Assembly (NCBI RefSeq): GCF_009914755.1
Contig: NC_060926.1
DNA length: 64,000 bases
Direction: 5' to 3' (one strand)
DNA from: the human T2T-CHM13v2.0 reference genome, Homo sapiens
The notes under the pieces were generated by a model that saw only the letters and a program-made list of their open reading frames with translations, had not been told where the DNA came from and ran no database searches. Below, piece by piece: positions 1 to 13,477 of the stretch. The translations under genes and the position numbers were made by a program. Position 1 is the first letter of the stretch. Each line of letters opens with the position of its first letter.

Positions 1-273
<273 letters not shown>

Positions 274-904
274 TCAGACACAAAAAGAAGGCAGTAGCAT
301 TCTAAGAAGCACAAAAGTCCAAATAATCTTTTGCTATATTTCCCTGTATTTGCCAACCATTTACACTAAAATGATGTCATGGAAAGAAAGGGAATGATAG
401 AGCAATCATAGTTCCTTCTCCTTTTATTCCTGCCTTAGGAAGGAATAACGTAAGCCAAAGGTAGAGAGCATTGCTAGACTATGCACACATTGTGAAGCAA
501 AATGAAAATAGCCAAATTAGTTGTGTGCAGCATCTCCACTGTTCCGGGAAAAACAAAATGTGTAGGCATGTATAAGCTCAAGAAATACAAATTGTATAAG
601 TTCAGTAATTCTACATGCAAGTTAGTGCTATTGTGTTTGTATTTAAAACTGGCATTGCACAAGATAAAGATGAACATTAAAATCAGATTTTCCCTGATTT
701 AGAATGGCAATAAGTAACAAATATAAAACACCATTACCACTCAAAACATACAACAGAAGATAAGAGAAAGTTTTATATTTTAGTACTTTTAATGGCACAT
801 TTTCTTTGCTTCTTTGAACTAGAGTTCTTACATTTTCAATTTGAACTGCAAATTATTTAGCCAGACCTCGATTGGGTGATCTATGTTGTCTCCCTGGCAT
901 AACT

Positions 905-2010
905 GTAATAAAAGCTTCCATTCAGAAAAAGGAAGAATAGGATACACAGAGCAGTCAATGACCCATAGAAATTATTAAATCCTTCTGTGTAGGCACTGCA
1001 ACTACCCAAAATGTGAGGTAGTTTCTTGTCTGTTCATGATTCTTCTTCCCATGGCTCTTGGCTACTGTCTCTCAGTTTCTTTCTTAACCATTACTGCCCT
1101 CCATGGCAATATCTGAAATAATTGTTGGGGAATATTATCTTCTTGGGGCTTGCACAGCTTTCATATCTCTCTTCCTTCCCATGGGTTATTTTTAAGGCCT
1201 TTTTAGCCTAACACATGATTTCTTTGGCACTACAATTTCTTCAAAAATTTCTTAGTAAGCTTCTGATCTATTTGCTTCCAGTTAATTCCATGTGCCAAGG
1301 TTTTTATTAGATGTAGTTATTCAACTCTCCTTACTCTTTGTTTCCTAGTCCTGTTTCTTCTTCAGCTTGATGGCAGGTACCTTGAGGCTATCTGAAACAA
1401 TATGCTACAGTGGAAAAGTATCTCTCTTAATCTGATGTTTACTGAAGGGCTGAGTTGTTTGAGAAATCTCACCGGCTCTTTGTCACTCAGGACCATTTTT
1501 TATTTGGGGTCCAAAAGCTATCAACTTTTCAACCATGTAAGGCCCTTGATCTCTGAACTTTCTTCTGTCCATTCTCTGCTTGGAAATCAGCTCGAGCTCA
1601 CCTGAGTGCATATCTTTCTTGCTTAAGTTCTGGCCAACTCACTAACCCTCTGACAGTTCCAACTACTTGCCCTAGAGCCACAGATTCAGTAGATGTGTGG
1701 TCTGCTTTCCAAGCTCTCCCATGACAGCTTTACTGAAAACCTGCTGAGACACAGCAGAACTCTCCAAACAGCCAGGCTGCTCTATCATAGCCTCACTTTC
1801 TGTTGGCCAGCCACTAAATTAATGCCACTTATTTTTGGATATTGTGATTATAGTAGCACATGTCAAAGTACCAATTTCTGTACTTAGCAAGGTGGAATAG
1901 CTACTGTAACCAAACACCAAAATCTCAATGCCTTAATATACTAATAGTTAATTTCTATTGACATAACATATTACTGTGAGTTTATAATACCAGGCTCCTT
2001 CCATCTTTAT
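905..2010 (-). mobile_element. Old MaLR (MLT1-type) internal fragment plus adjoining LTR fragment
   Basis: The junction GTACCAATTTCTG|TACTTAG at about 1868-1887 resembles the MaLR internal/LTR boundary, followed by MLT1-like CTGTAACCAAACACCAAAATCTCAATGCCTTAA. Highly diverged; boundaries approximate. Confidence 0.45.
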
Positions 2011-2103
2011 TTTATTTTGAATGACCAAAACTTATATTTTTGAAAATCTTGGTTTAAAACTTTTAGTTGCAGCAATTAAAAGACCTGTTTAGAAGTTTGG
2101 TTT

Positions 2104-2399
2104 GGCTGGGTATGGTGGCTCAATCCTGAAATCCCAGCACTTTGGGAGACTGAGGTGGATGGATCACTTGAGCTCAGGAGTTCAAGACCAGCCTGGGCAA
2201 CATGGCAAAACCTGGTCTCTACAAAGAATACAAAAATTAGCCAGGTGTGGTGATGTGCGTCTGTGGTCCCAGCTATAGGGAGGCTGAGGTAGGAGGATCG
2301 CTTGAGTCCAGAAGGTGGAGGTTGCAGTGAGCCAGGATCACGCCACTGTACTCCAGCCTGGGTGACAGAGCTAGACCTTGTCTCAAAACAAATAAACAA
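2104..2399 (+). mobile_element. AluJ (Jb-like), full length
   Basis: Dimeric Alu from GGCTGGGTATGGTGGCTC to TCTCAAAACAAATAAAC. J diagnostics (GGATCACTTGAGCTCAGG, GGAGGATCGCTTGAG). Confidence 0.92.
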
Positions 2400-5193
2400 G
2401 TAATTTGGTTTATTGTAATGCTTGGATTTAGTGCTTGTCATAGTTAAAGACTCCTTACAATCAGAGGCAGAACTAAATGGAAGAAATATATATTTGTCTG
2501 CACTGAAAACATCATAATACTGTTTTCAGTCCTACTCACCAATTTATACAAAGATGATTTTGAAATTTTACTTATAAATTTCAATTTCCATCTTAATGTT
2601 AGTAGTTCTTACAAAGTAATCAAAGGATTGGCTAGTTTGTTTTTGACAAATGTACTTCAAACATACTGTAATATTTTTGGCATGTCAGAAAATTTTGTAT
2701 TTAAATTTTTTAGCTATCAGAATATGAAAAGTGTTTTTAAAGATGGCAGATTTACTTACATTGCTTCAGCTGTAAAAGAATGTTCTAGTAGACACCATCC
2801 CCAAAATCCCTTTTCAAAATGTATATTCTTTTTGAAAGTAATTACTGTTTCACTTATTGTTAAAATATTACCTCTACCATTAAGGAATTGCTTATTTATA
2901 TTTTTGCAGGTATCTATTAGGCAGTATAGCCACTGGCTATGACAGAAAATGTCACCAACCAGAAGCTGACAATCAAGAGAGCCCTTTCTCAGGGCTAAGA
3001 AGAAGGAGTGAAAAATAAATCTAGAGGGGCCAATGAAAGATATCTGACACACATAAAATCAGTCACACATGGGTGAACTGTAAGAGACTGAAAGTAAATA
3101 AATGAATGAAGTTACCCTTGTCAAGCCCTCCAGTTATGGAACTCCTCCATTTCCCTCAAAAAACCTCATATAATCACATGTGAGAAAAGACTGTTAGGGT
3201 CTCTAATGGGGCCTCTTTTCTAAACAAACTGAGAAATGAAGCAACATGTAACATATGAAGGCAAATTCTCATGTTTAGTATTATGAAATCTAGATTAAAG
3301 AATGTAGCTTAATATAAGTACCAGATGGGCCTGCTACAAAGACCCCAGATATAGCAAATTTACCCAATCCATTTAGGTGTTGCTATAGAGAGGCAGGTGT
3401 CCCCCAGGGAGAGGACAGAATTCCAGTAGTCCAAGGAGAGGACTGACAGTATCGGGTTGGAGGGGTAGAAAGACCAAGACTTTGCCTAGTAAAGTCCCTT
3501 CTAATAGAAACAAGGCTTGTGAAAACCATGTTCCCTTCTACTGAAGATTGGCTAACGAGCAGATCTAGTGAGGATACCAGGGTCAACTCATATAGTAAAT
3601 ATCAATAAAGTGTAATGTATTTCTTTTTAGATAAAAATAAATAGAAGTACAAGTTCTAATGTTTTCTTTCTTTAACCTGAGGGATTTTTCTGCAGACCTC
3701 TTAGGGTATACCACTTTTGAGGCTGTTGGGCTGAAATGTGCACTATTGGACCACTATTGGCAAGTTTTGTTCTAGCCCAGTTCCTGGTAATAATCCTGGC
3801 CAAAGGTGGGAAGAATTTCATACTGTGGGCAAAATTTGCCTCAGGCACTATTCTGACTTTCATCCAGGTGTCCTGGAATCTGACTTAGTCCCAGTACCAC
3901 TTCCAACCAAGCTCCAGGCCCATCTTCCACTGAATATGTCCTCTAGCTCTTTGTGAATAGCTCAGCAGCAACATGTCATCACTGCTTAATTCGAAACTGA
4001 CTGCTATTGACAGTGTGTCAGCCTTATGATTATATATGAAGGACAATATATTATGTCAATTCACTTAAGTCTTTATCTCTCATGAAGGTTGGAATGGCTT
4101 TTATTTTTTATCTGATTGACTCTCAGCAAATCAAGCAAGAGGTCTTAAAAAGAAAAAGTAGAAATAACTTACAATTCAATTGATACAATGGATAGAATTT
4201 TCTGTTCCTACTCCAATGTCGTCATAGTAAGAAAAGAATTTGAAACTTGAATTTGAAATTTGAAACTTGAAAGACTAAAATGGGAGACTAATGACATTTA
4301 CGCTGTCTTCTATCCTTTTTTTGTTGTTAGAATCTATTTTTTTAAATAAACTTTTACTTTTAGATTAGTTTTAGATTTACAGGAAAAAAGTTGCAAAAAC
4401 TGTACAACTGAACTCTACAATTCACTCTCAGTTCCAAAACCACCTTCAAAGTTTTTTTTTTTTTTACTTGTTTGGTTGTTGGGATTGGTTTGCTTTTCAT
4501 TTTTTGAAACCACATGCATTTAATGTTACTTCAGGGCAATAATCCCAAGATTTGTGTAGGGAGATAACACTGCCATATTCCAGGGATTTAGGGTAATAAA
4601 AACACCCTGCTTAGTTAGAATAAGAATTCAGAGCCATGACCTCCGGTCTTCTTAAGTAAATACAGGAGAATTTAAAGCTGCCCTCTGGGCAAATATTTTA
4701 GGGGCTGATGAGCATTTACCTTCACTTAAGATATAGCTTGTCATCAATATACCCAAGTGACTGACAATTTCTATTTACTGTTTAATAAAAATGAACCCAG
4801 AATCCACTGAAGTTCCTTGTCAACTCCAGGACAAAAAAGGAGGTACATCTTGATGAGCAAGTAGAACAACATTTTAAAGTCTAAGAAGGTCACCAGTCTT
4901 TGGATGAGTCTATAGTAACTTAGAAGCTTGTTGCCCAATAACCCAAAGAGGAGAATGAACAAACTCAAAATGAGGGAGTGTGACTGCCCCTTTAACACTT
5001 AAACTCCATGCCCTTGGAAGCAGAAGTCCTAAAACTCCACAAAGAAACTACATTGGTGCTCAACAAATATTTGTTAACTAATTGACTCTGAAGAAATTTG
5101 GTAATTTTTACTCTGCATAAAGAGTGAGAAGTGGCCACTGAGTTGCCAAGAAAACAGAGAAGGCTTAGGAAGAAGAAATTTATGCTCTAGCAC

Positions 5194-5994
5194 TGAATTT
5201 ACTAGTCAGGGTTCTCCAGAGAAACAGAATCAATAGGACATCGATATATTGATTTATTATGGGAATTGGCTCACTTGATTATGGAGGCCAAGAAGTCCCT
5301 CCATCTACTGTTTGCAAGCTGGAGAACCAGGAAAGCTGGTGGTGTAGTCAGCCCACTGTATCTGTGGGTTCCATGGATGCAATCCACCATGGATAGAAAA
5401 TATTCAGAAAAGAAAAGTATTTTAAAAAATACAAATTTAAAAAATACAGTATAGCAACTATTTACATAACATTTACATTTTATTAGGTATTATAAGTAAT
5501 CTATAAGTGATTTAAAATATTCAAAAGGATGTGCACAGGTTATATGCAAATACTACTCCATTTTATGTAAGAGACTTGAGCATCTGTGGATTTTGGTACT
5601 TTCTATGAGTCCTGGAACCAATCCTCTGCAGATACCAAGGGATGACTATAATTTAGTCTGAGTCTGAAGGACTGAGAACTGGGGATAGGAGGAAAGGCTG
5701 GTGTAAGTCCTAGAGTCCAAAGGCCTAGGGACCAGAAGTTCCAATATCCCAGGGCAGAAGAAGATGGATGTCCCAGCTCAAAAAGAGAGAGAGAGAATTT
5801 ACCCTTCCTCTGCCTTATTGTTCTATTTAGGCCCTCAACAGGCTGGTGAGGGTGGTCTTCTTTACTTGGTCTACTTACAAAAATGCTAATCTCTTCTGGA
5901 AATACCCTCACAGACACACACAAAAATAAAGTTTTACCAGCTATCTGGGCATCCTTTAGCCCAGTCAAGTTAACCCATAAAATTAATCATCACA
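5194..5994 (-). mobile_element. MLT2 (ERVL) solo LTR, interrupted by MER2
   Basis: TG...CA termini. MLT2 motifs (AGGGTTCTCCAGAGAAACAGAA; CCAGTCAAGTTAACCCATAAAATTAATCATCACA). Perfect 5-bp TSD AGCAC at 5189-5193 and 5995-5999. Confidence 0.9.
5347..5648 (-). mobile_element. MER2 (TcMar-Tigger MITE) nested in the MLT2 LTR
   Basis: Matches recalled MER2 reverse complement (GGTTATATGCAAATACTAC...GACTTGAGCATCTGTGGATTTTGGTA...CCTGGAACCAATCC). TA on both flanks; the MLT2 sequence resumes across it. Confidence 0.88.
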
Positions 5995-6104
5995 AGCACC
6001 CTATTTTTAAACTTGTGTTTCTGCAGGGAAAATACATACACAGGCCAAGAAGCAAAACAAAAAATCTCCCACCTTAGACCCAAGTTTGTTTTTTTTTTAA
6101 GTTT

Positions 6105-6375
6105 ACTTTATTCAACATTCTGTGCTATGACCTTCTCATATACTTAGCACTGTATGGAAGACACAAAGACATAAGACACAGACTCTGTTCTCAGGGATCA
6201 TATATTCTTAACAATAAGAGCCCATATATGCATATGACAACTTGAATATAAAACCTACATGATAAAGTTCCAAGTGAGTTATACAGACAAGTGCTGTGAG
6301 AATTCAGAAGAGAGAGGAACCACTGTGTGCAGAAAGTCTTCTGGAGGTGAAAGCTGAGTGAATCCTTAGAAATTC
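6105..6375 (-). mobile_element. L2 3'-end fragment
   Basis: Diverged L2 3' motifs (GACACAGACTCTGTTCTCAGGGA, AAGTGCTGTGAGAATTCAGAAGAGAG). Confidence 0.5.
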
Positions 6376-8499
6376 AGAAGGATTTGAGTAAATACAGAAG
6401 TAAGAGTAAACTGTTTCTACACCTACTTTTTTCTATCGGAAAGAGGGTGAACAAAGAATACAAGGTGAAAATAATCACTGATTTGTCCATGGGGTTGCAA
6501 GTAAACCAGTTTAACTTGAATGTATAATTCATACTGAGGAGTAATGAGGGAGAAATTAAAAATTCAAAACAGATTACAGAAAGCCTGGAAGGGTCAGCCA
6601 AAGCTTTCCCTCTGTGGAACAAAGGACAGGACCTGGGGCTGATTTTCAGCAGCCGCATTCACTAGATATGGAACACTAGGCAAACTTTTAAACCTCTCCC
6701 AAAGCTGTGGTTTCCTCATACTTGTGTGTCAGACTTGTGCATTATCAATAATATGCATAGTGTGGCACTCACTGAGTGATTGCTCAACAAACCTAGTATC
6801 ATTTTAGGTAATGGAAAATCACTGTAGACTTTGGATGAGCAAAGCCTTAAATTAAGCAGTACTCCCCATGAAACAGGTTTTGTATATAAGATGGGGTCAA
6901 GAAATTGAGATGGGAAAAAGAAAAACAGAAGGGATTTTAAGGTAGGGGGCTGCACTGTGGAAACCTAGTTTCTTTGAGATTGAAGCATTGAGGAGTAGTT
7001 TCCAGACTTAGGAAGTTGTAGCAAGAAGTGTCAACTGAATATTTAAGTTTTATGTGGAAAGGATGAAATGATGGAAGCTCTGTATGGAGAGGGAGAACAG
7101 TACAGTGGAAGAGAGACAGGCAGTAGGCAAGTTTATGGTCAAAGAGGAAAGAGATTAAGGCTTAAATCTTAGTGAATCTGAACCTTGTGAGGATACCATT
7201 TGCAAGGAGTTGGTCAGATTGCTGGAGAGACGTTATGGAGAAGACACATAGCCTGGTGGATTTAAGGAAAGCCAAGAATTTTAAATTATTTATATCATGT
7301 GAAGATTCAACCAATGATTTGACATTGTTGAGGATAGCAACCAAATTTTAAATAACAGGAGAAAAACATGAGGCAGATTATGAAATTCTGAAAATAACGA
7401 GGAAGAGCCAATCTTTCCCGGGGGGTGGAGACAGAGAGAAAAGTAGAAATGCAAAAGGGCTAAAAAGTGGTATATTGTGATATCTAAACATCAAAGGAAA
7501 AAAATGGAATAGTAAGTGTGAGTGAAAAATCTGGAGATCCAAGAATCAGTTATTTTCTCTTTTCCCCATCAAGTAGGCATGAGAAAGGCAAGCAAAGGTA
7601 TAGTTTCTATCAGACTAGATATGTACTGTGGTATTTTCTGAGGAAATCCAGTCTCATTTAAGGAGAGTGAGTAATGAAATAAGATCAGAAAATGATGACT
7701 CCAATCTACTTAACATTTATTTTGTGACAATTATAAATAAGGAACTATGCTGGGAGTTTAAGTAAGTGAAATAAAAGTTTTACAAGACATACTAGAAAAA
7801 CTGGACTCACTGTGGGAAACAGAAACATAGAAGGGTAAACTCAAACTTAGGAGTTGGGAAGCAGTAGCAGGGGAACTTCAGACCTCAGCTAGAAAGAATG
7901 AATAACAGGAATTTAGGAGAAGCTGGTTGAGAGGCCTCTGCAGAACATCAAAGACATTTCCAGGCAAGGGATATCAAGCCTCTCCACAAACATGAACATA
8001 TAAATCCATTTCAATATTTGGAATAGACTGTCTCCCCATGAATTAAGCACCCACCTTCATCCATGAAACTGATCATGTTTCAGTTTTGAAAACTTGACTT
8101 TCAGATGTTAGTTGGGGAAAGGGCAAGAGGAAGGGGAGATTCTTCATAGAATGTAGGAGCCAAAACAACTTTGCCTCTAGAAACAGCTTTCTCTATTTGA
8201 AACAGGATACTCATCTGGGAGATTTGAATAACCAACATTTCATTGTTTCTTCACTTCAATAAATTTAATATAATTATGTCCTTAATTTACTAAAAGATCT
8301 TGAAATGCTTCTTGAAATCACCGAGAAAAGTGTGAATTGTATATTTATTTCCTGTTCAACAGTCACCTCAAATGCCACCTCTTCCAAGAAGGCCTTCATA
8401 TGGGAAGGAGGGTATGTATGGATGCATGGAGAGAGCTGCAGCGGACATAGTTGGTTGCCCACTAGTATCCCTTCTACACCACCCTCACTGTCAAACAGC

Positions 8500-9065
8500 C
8501 GCATATTTTGGGTGGAATTAAGCCATCCAGTTACCCTAAGATGAATCCTGATTAGCTGATGCCAATCTGACTGACACAGTCACAGGCCCCCTTACAGTAG
8601 AGATACGTTCATAGACAGGACATGTGAATCAGGGTGTAAGCCAACTTAATACACAGAATTCTCCTGGTTAAAGAGATTAGTCAAGGGTCAGCACAGGGCT
8701 TATGTGGTCAAGTTAGAAGGAAGCCCAAGACTTTAGTTGATGCTTTGGGTAAGAAATTTAATCTATCAACCATTTTCTCATTCTCTCATGCCCACCTACC
8801 CTCTTATCATGGTTGTCATTCCAATATGTCATTGCAAAATTGCGTATTCCAAAATGCTAGTCATTCTACAACGACAAGGTTAACCAGCCTTGGAATAAAC
8901 TTGCCACAATAGAAAGAAACTTAGAGAAACAAAACTGCTCCTTGGTGAATATCATAGAGCTGCTGGATCAAGCCTTGCCTGCAGCTTCCACCACTAGTGA
9001 CCTTTTAAGTTTATAAGTTCATAAATTACCTTTTATTGACTTGAAACCAGTTAAATATCATAACT
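8500..9065 (+). mobile_element. Old ERVL/MaLR-class LTR (MLT1J/K- or LTR33-like)
   Basis: CTGGATCAAGCCTTGCCTG... and ATAAATTACCTTTT...GAAACCAG resemble the 3' part of old MaLR/ERVL LTRs. Family uncertain. Confidence 0.45.
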
Positions 9066-9204
9066 GAGACACCTTTCTGAATTACCTTTGTACTCATATT
9101 TTATTTTATTTTTCTAAATATTTTATTTTTCCCATTTATTTCAATCTTACCACATGTTGTCTTGCATTAAATCTATTTACTTATATTTCTTATCTTTTCT
9201 CACA

Positions 9205-9322
9205 CACTTTGAGCTCCTTGAGGGCAAGGACTGTAGTTTACATATTTTCATATTTCTCCTAGCTTTCGTGATGTTGCTTTGTGTATAGCCATGCTTAATG
9301 AACATTTGTAGAATGAGTAAAT
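9205..9322 (+). mobile_element. L2 3' end
   Basis: GAGCTCCTTGAGGGCAAGGACTGT...GCTTAATGAACATTTGTAGAATGAGT is the typical L2 terminus. Confidence 0.65.
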
Positions 9323-9519
9323 CAAACTTGTGAACTTGTGCATTTGATCTCACTACCACCATGTTGTAGTTAACACATATTAATAATTTAAAACTGTTGA
9401 ATAAACTGAATATAAAAACATTATTGTTTTATTGTTTAATTTTGTTATCTTGAGTAAGGGGGGATTTGCATTAAGATTTGGGTACATTGAAGATAGTCAA
9501 AGGCCAAAAGAAATTTGCC

Positions 9520-9822
9520 GGCCGGACGCAGTGGCTCACACCTGTAATCCCAGTAGTTTGGGAGGCCGAGGTGGGCGGATAACAAGGTCAGGAGTTCAAG
9601 ACCAGCCTGGCCAATATGGTGAAATCCCATCACTACTAAAAATACAAAAATTAGCCAGGTGTGGTGACAGGCGCCTGTAGTCTCAGCAACTGGGGAGGCT
9701 GAGGCAGAAGGATCACTTGAACTCAGGAGGCGGAGGTTGCAGTGAGCCGAGATCACGCCACTGCACTCCTGCCTAGGCGACAGAGCAAGACTCAGTCTCA
9801 AAAAAAAAAAATAAAAATAAAG
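9520..9822 (+). mobile_element. AluS (Sg-like), full length with TSD
   Basis: Complete dimer with A-tail. TSD AAAGAAATTTG(C/T)C on both sides. Confidence 0.93.
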
Positions 9823-9934
9823 AAAGAAATTTGTCTTGCTTTTAATTCAAGTCTTGACACTTATATTTGATCTTGATATACTATATCTTACCATATTTAC
9901 CTTATATATCATATATATGCATCTTAGTATATTT

Positions 9935-10100
9935 GATCTGGGTAGAATTATTCATTTCTCTTGTTCTCAGTTTTCTTATCTATAAAATGGTGATAAAAAT
10001 AATATCAATCTTATAAGATTGTTATAAGGTTTAAATGAGTTAATAAAACCAAAACACTTACATCAATGTCAGATATACTAAATACTTAACAAGAGCTGGC
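9935..10100 (+). mobile_element. MIR
   Basis: MIR core CTCAGTTTTCTTATCTATAAAATGG...GTTATAAGGTTTAAATGAG. Confidence 0.7.
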
Positions 10101-10267
10101 AATTTTTCTTGTTCTTCTATGATATTGTTGTGATATTATTATTATTATCATCCAAGTTGAGAAATACTTGTAGTGTTTTTCATGTTAAAAAAGTAGTTTT
10201 TTAAAAAATTAATTTGATTTTCATTTTAACTCACTGTTTAATAAAGTTAATTTAGAATTATATAATT

Positions 10268-10600
10268 ACTTTTTATTGAAATTTTCATTGAGATAATTGT
10301 ACATGTACTCACATGACACTGTGAGAAATAATACATAAATATTCCTTGTATACTTTGTTTGGTTTCTTCCAATGTTAACATTTTGTAAAACCGTAATATA
10401 ATATTACAACCATATTGATGCAATCCAGCAATCTTATTCAGACTTCCCATTTTTATTTGTACTCATTTGTGAGTTCATGCGTATGCATGAGTGTATTGTG
10501 TACATACGTGTGTGAAGTTCTTTACAATTTCGTTTCCTGCGTTTATGCCTGTATCTGCCAGTCAAGATACTGAACAGTTCCAACACAACACCCACCTCTC
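10268..10600 (-). mobile_element. L1MC-type 3' UTR fragment
   Basis: TTGAGATAATTGTA...GTGAGAAATAATACA...CAATCTTATTCAGACTTCCC...TTTGTACTCATTTGTG resembles the antisense L1MC 3' end. Confidence 0.65.
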
Positions 10601-11764
10601 ATCCTTTCTGTACTTACTTTTTGAACTAAAAATTAGTTGTGTTTTTTAAAAAAATAAAAAACAAACCAAAAAAATCCTTATGAATCAAGCACTCTTGTTG
10701 CTTGCTATTTCCACTGCTAGCTTACAAAGGTCCAGGTTCATTTGCTAATGGTCATACACTTCTGATGTAAATTTCCCTGAGCAACACTCATTAACATGCC
10801 CTACTGACTGTGTATCTTTGTGCCTGTATATATATTACTGTAGCATCTGTATACTTATTTATCTTTCTGTCTAGAATGCAATTGAGAATACAAAGTCTCA
10901 TTAATTTACTTACTCCATGCTCCATTGTCATTTATTTGAATTATAAGAATCTATTCATTATTATTAAATCAAACTCGTGACTTTGCTGTCTGGTTCGGTC
11001 ACTCCAAGATTTAATTTCACCATTTATATATAGCATTTTACCTATGTTCATCAGATGTATATGACATTAAAGTCCATTTATGGAAAATATTAGAATATAA
11101 ACACGTGGTGTTTATTTGTATTTTAAATATAAAATGCTAAAATAAATATAAGTATTAAAAATAAAATTATTTCTAGATTGTTAATGTCTTCTAAGAGTAA
11201 AATTAGTCAGAAATGCCTATCAGTCAACAAGTATATTGATGAAGGTATAAGAAATTACAGAAAACTGGAAATTTATGATAACAAAGGGTAAATGTGGCAA
11301 GATGAACTCAGAAGGTGTGCTGTGCGTGCTTTAAATAATCTCAGTGCAAAGGGACTAGGTATTCAGGAACTACTTTGAAGATACTTGACCTAGCTGTGTT
11401 CCCTTCCCAGTCATCTGCTCTGTCAGCTGATCAGATCTCTTGAGGTTTTCTCACCAGGAAATGGAAATAAGCCCATTATTTGCAAGAGATTAAATATTGA
11501 TCAGAATTTTATATTTATTTCATATCAAAATCTATATGTAAGTGCTTCATTATTGAGTTCAATTTCTGTATGATTGTTCAGTTCAAATAGCAACACAATA
11601 GAATTTGCTTCTATTGTAAATTGTGAAAAATTAGTACTACATCATATAAAATGACAGAGATGAGTCTTTGTATGAGATTTAGCTCTAACCACAAAATAAA
11701 TGTTAAGTGAATGGCCAACATGATAAAATATTGGAAGCAAAATAACTGAAAAGAAAACAATCTT

Positions 11765-11970
11765 AGGTGTTGGAGTCAGAAGGCAAGAGCTCCTGGCTCT
11801 GATGAGCAAAACATTCAAACTCTCTGGGCGTTGGCTTCCACATGTGCAAAATGACAATAATAATAGAATCTACTTTCTAGTTGTTGTGTGGGTTAAATTA
11901 TCTGATATGCATAATTCACTTAAAAGGTTCCCAAGTATATAATAATTATTTCAATAAATGTCAGCTATTA
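11765..11970 (+). mobile_element. MIR
   Basis: TGGAGTCAGA...GTGCAAAATGACAATAATAATAG...GTTGTTGTGTGGGTTAAAT...CAATAAATGTCAGCTATTA. Confidence 0.6.
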
Positions 11971-12479
11971 CTAAATAAGACATATTTTCAGTCGCAATCT
12001 CAACTTTTATTCTGAGTACCCACCCTGATATATAAAATTATATTGAAAAAAATCTTTCATAATTGTTAAAACAGCAATATAAGAGATCTTGCTATAATAC
12101 TCAGAGATAACCATGGACAATTAGCTGGTTTTGTCATTAGAATTACTTCTTTATCATGAGAATTAACAGTGATTAACATGGCTGGCTATGTACAATAGAA
12201 TGAAACTCATAAAAGTTTGCTAACTAAAGTGAGTTTTTAAAATATATGCTGAGAAGGGCAATCTACAGAGATTTCAGAGTTTTGCTAAATTTTACAAGTA
12301 AATGTTGAGTATAGAGGGAAAATTGAGGTAGAATGGGTATATAAGCTGTTAGCTTTGTATGGTATTTCATTTCTCTTTTATCTCCTCTGTCAACATTCCT
12401 CTACTAGACATTTCCCAGCACCTCGCTATCTGTTATTGTTATTGCTTATTTATCATATACCATATTTAATACCAAGCAT

Positions 12480-13350
12480 GACATTGTATTGATCAACCCA
12501 TTATGTCTTTCCAGCTTGTCCATCTACTCGATTCTGATGGCTTTACACATTAGCTCTTTTGAATGATATTGTAATTGGATTCAGAGTCTCCTGGTGCATA
12601 CTACTTCTTGAGAATATGTTAGGCACTTCAGTAAGCTGCTTTAGTTTTTTCTGGGCAGACAACAGTAGATTTTGCTTTTATGCACTAATTACTCCTTCTT
12701 ACTGCCTTTTGCAAGATTTTCTTCCTCTGCCTATCTCTTACTTGTTTTCTTTATGATTCTATCTTACGTTCTTTTCAATTCCTAATCTTCATGGTCTGCT
12801 TAGATGAACTCTTCTTCAATATCTCCAACTATAAGTTATCTACTGAATAAAAAACATAAGGCACAAGACTTTAGATCTCTATATTGAGTGTATCCAGCTG
12901 GCCTTAGGATACTTCCAAGTGGATGTCTTACTAACATCCAAACTCAACCTGTCTACACTGAACTAATCATCTCTCCAAACCTGCTAGTACTTAGAGCAGA
13001 GAATGGCACCTGTGAATTACCATTAACTCCAGTCTGCTTGTTCCCCACAGTTAGTCAGTCACCAGTCCTTGATGAATCTATTTTATAAATAACTTTTTAG
13101 TGGTCCGTCTTTCTAATCTCTACTGCCACAATCCAATTCCAGTCCCCAGCATCTCTTTCTTAGGCTATTGCAAATCTGAATTATTGGTTTTCCTTCATCC
13201 AAAATATTCTCCTGGATGCTGTCAAAGCAATCTTTCCTAAGTGTGAATATAATTGCACCATTATTTCATTTGAAACCCTTCAATAACTGCTTGCTCTGAG
13301 AATAGAATTGAAACTCTTTGTTGTGACTCCTACTGCCTTTCGTGACCTAG
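12480..13350 (+). mobile_element. L2 internal fragments
   Basis: L2-like pyrimidine-rich motifs (GGATGTCTTACTAACATCCAAACTCAACCTGTC, CTCTACTGCCACAATCC, TTTGAAACCCTTCAATAACT). Confidence 0.55.
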
Positions 13351-13428
13351 CACCATCCTAGGAGTCAACTTATTTACTGGCAAAAGCATAAGTTTTGAGA
13401 TTATATGCCTGCATTTAAATCTGAACTC

Positions 13429-13477
13429 TTCATTCATCCATCCATCCATCCATCCATCCATCCATCCATCCATTCAT
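13429..13477 (+). repeat. (TCCA)n / (CATT)n tetranucleotide repeat at an L2 tail
   Basis: Directly visible run of CATC units flanked by CATT. Confidence 0.95.

Noticed and set aside
2076-2441. Alu-derived ORFs (also 37-270, 9445-9801, 19164-19456, 27845-28143, 38212-38590)
   Set aside because: These are typical translations of Alu sequence, not genes.
2885-3020. Terminal exon (TTTTTGCAG acceptor plus AATAAA)
   Set aside because: Both signals are common in AT-rich DNA; there is no ORF or linked upstream exon.
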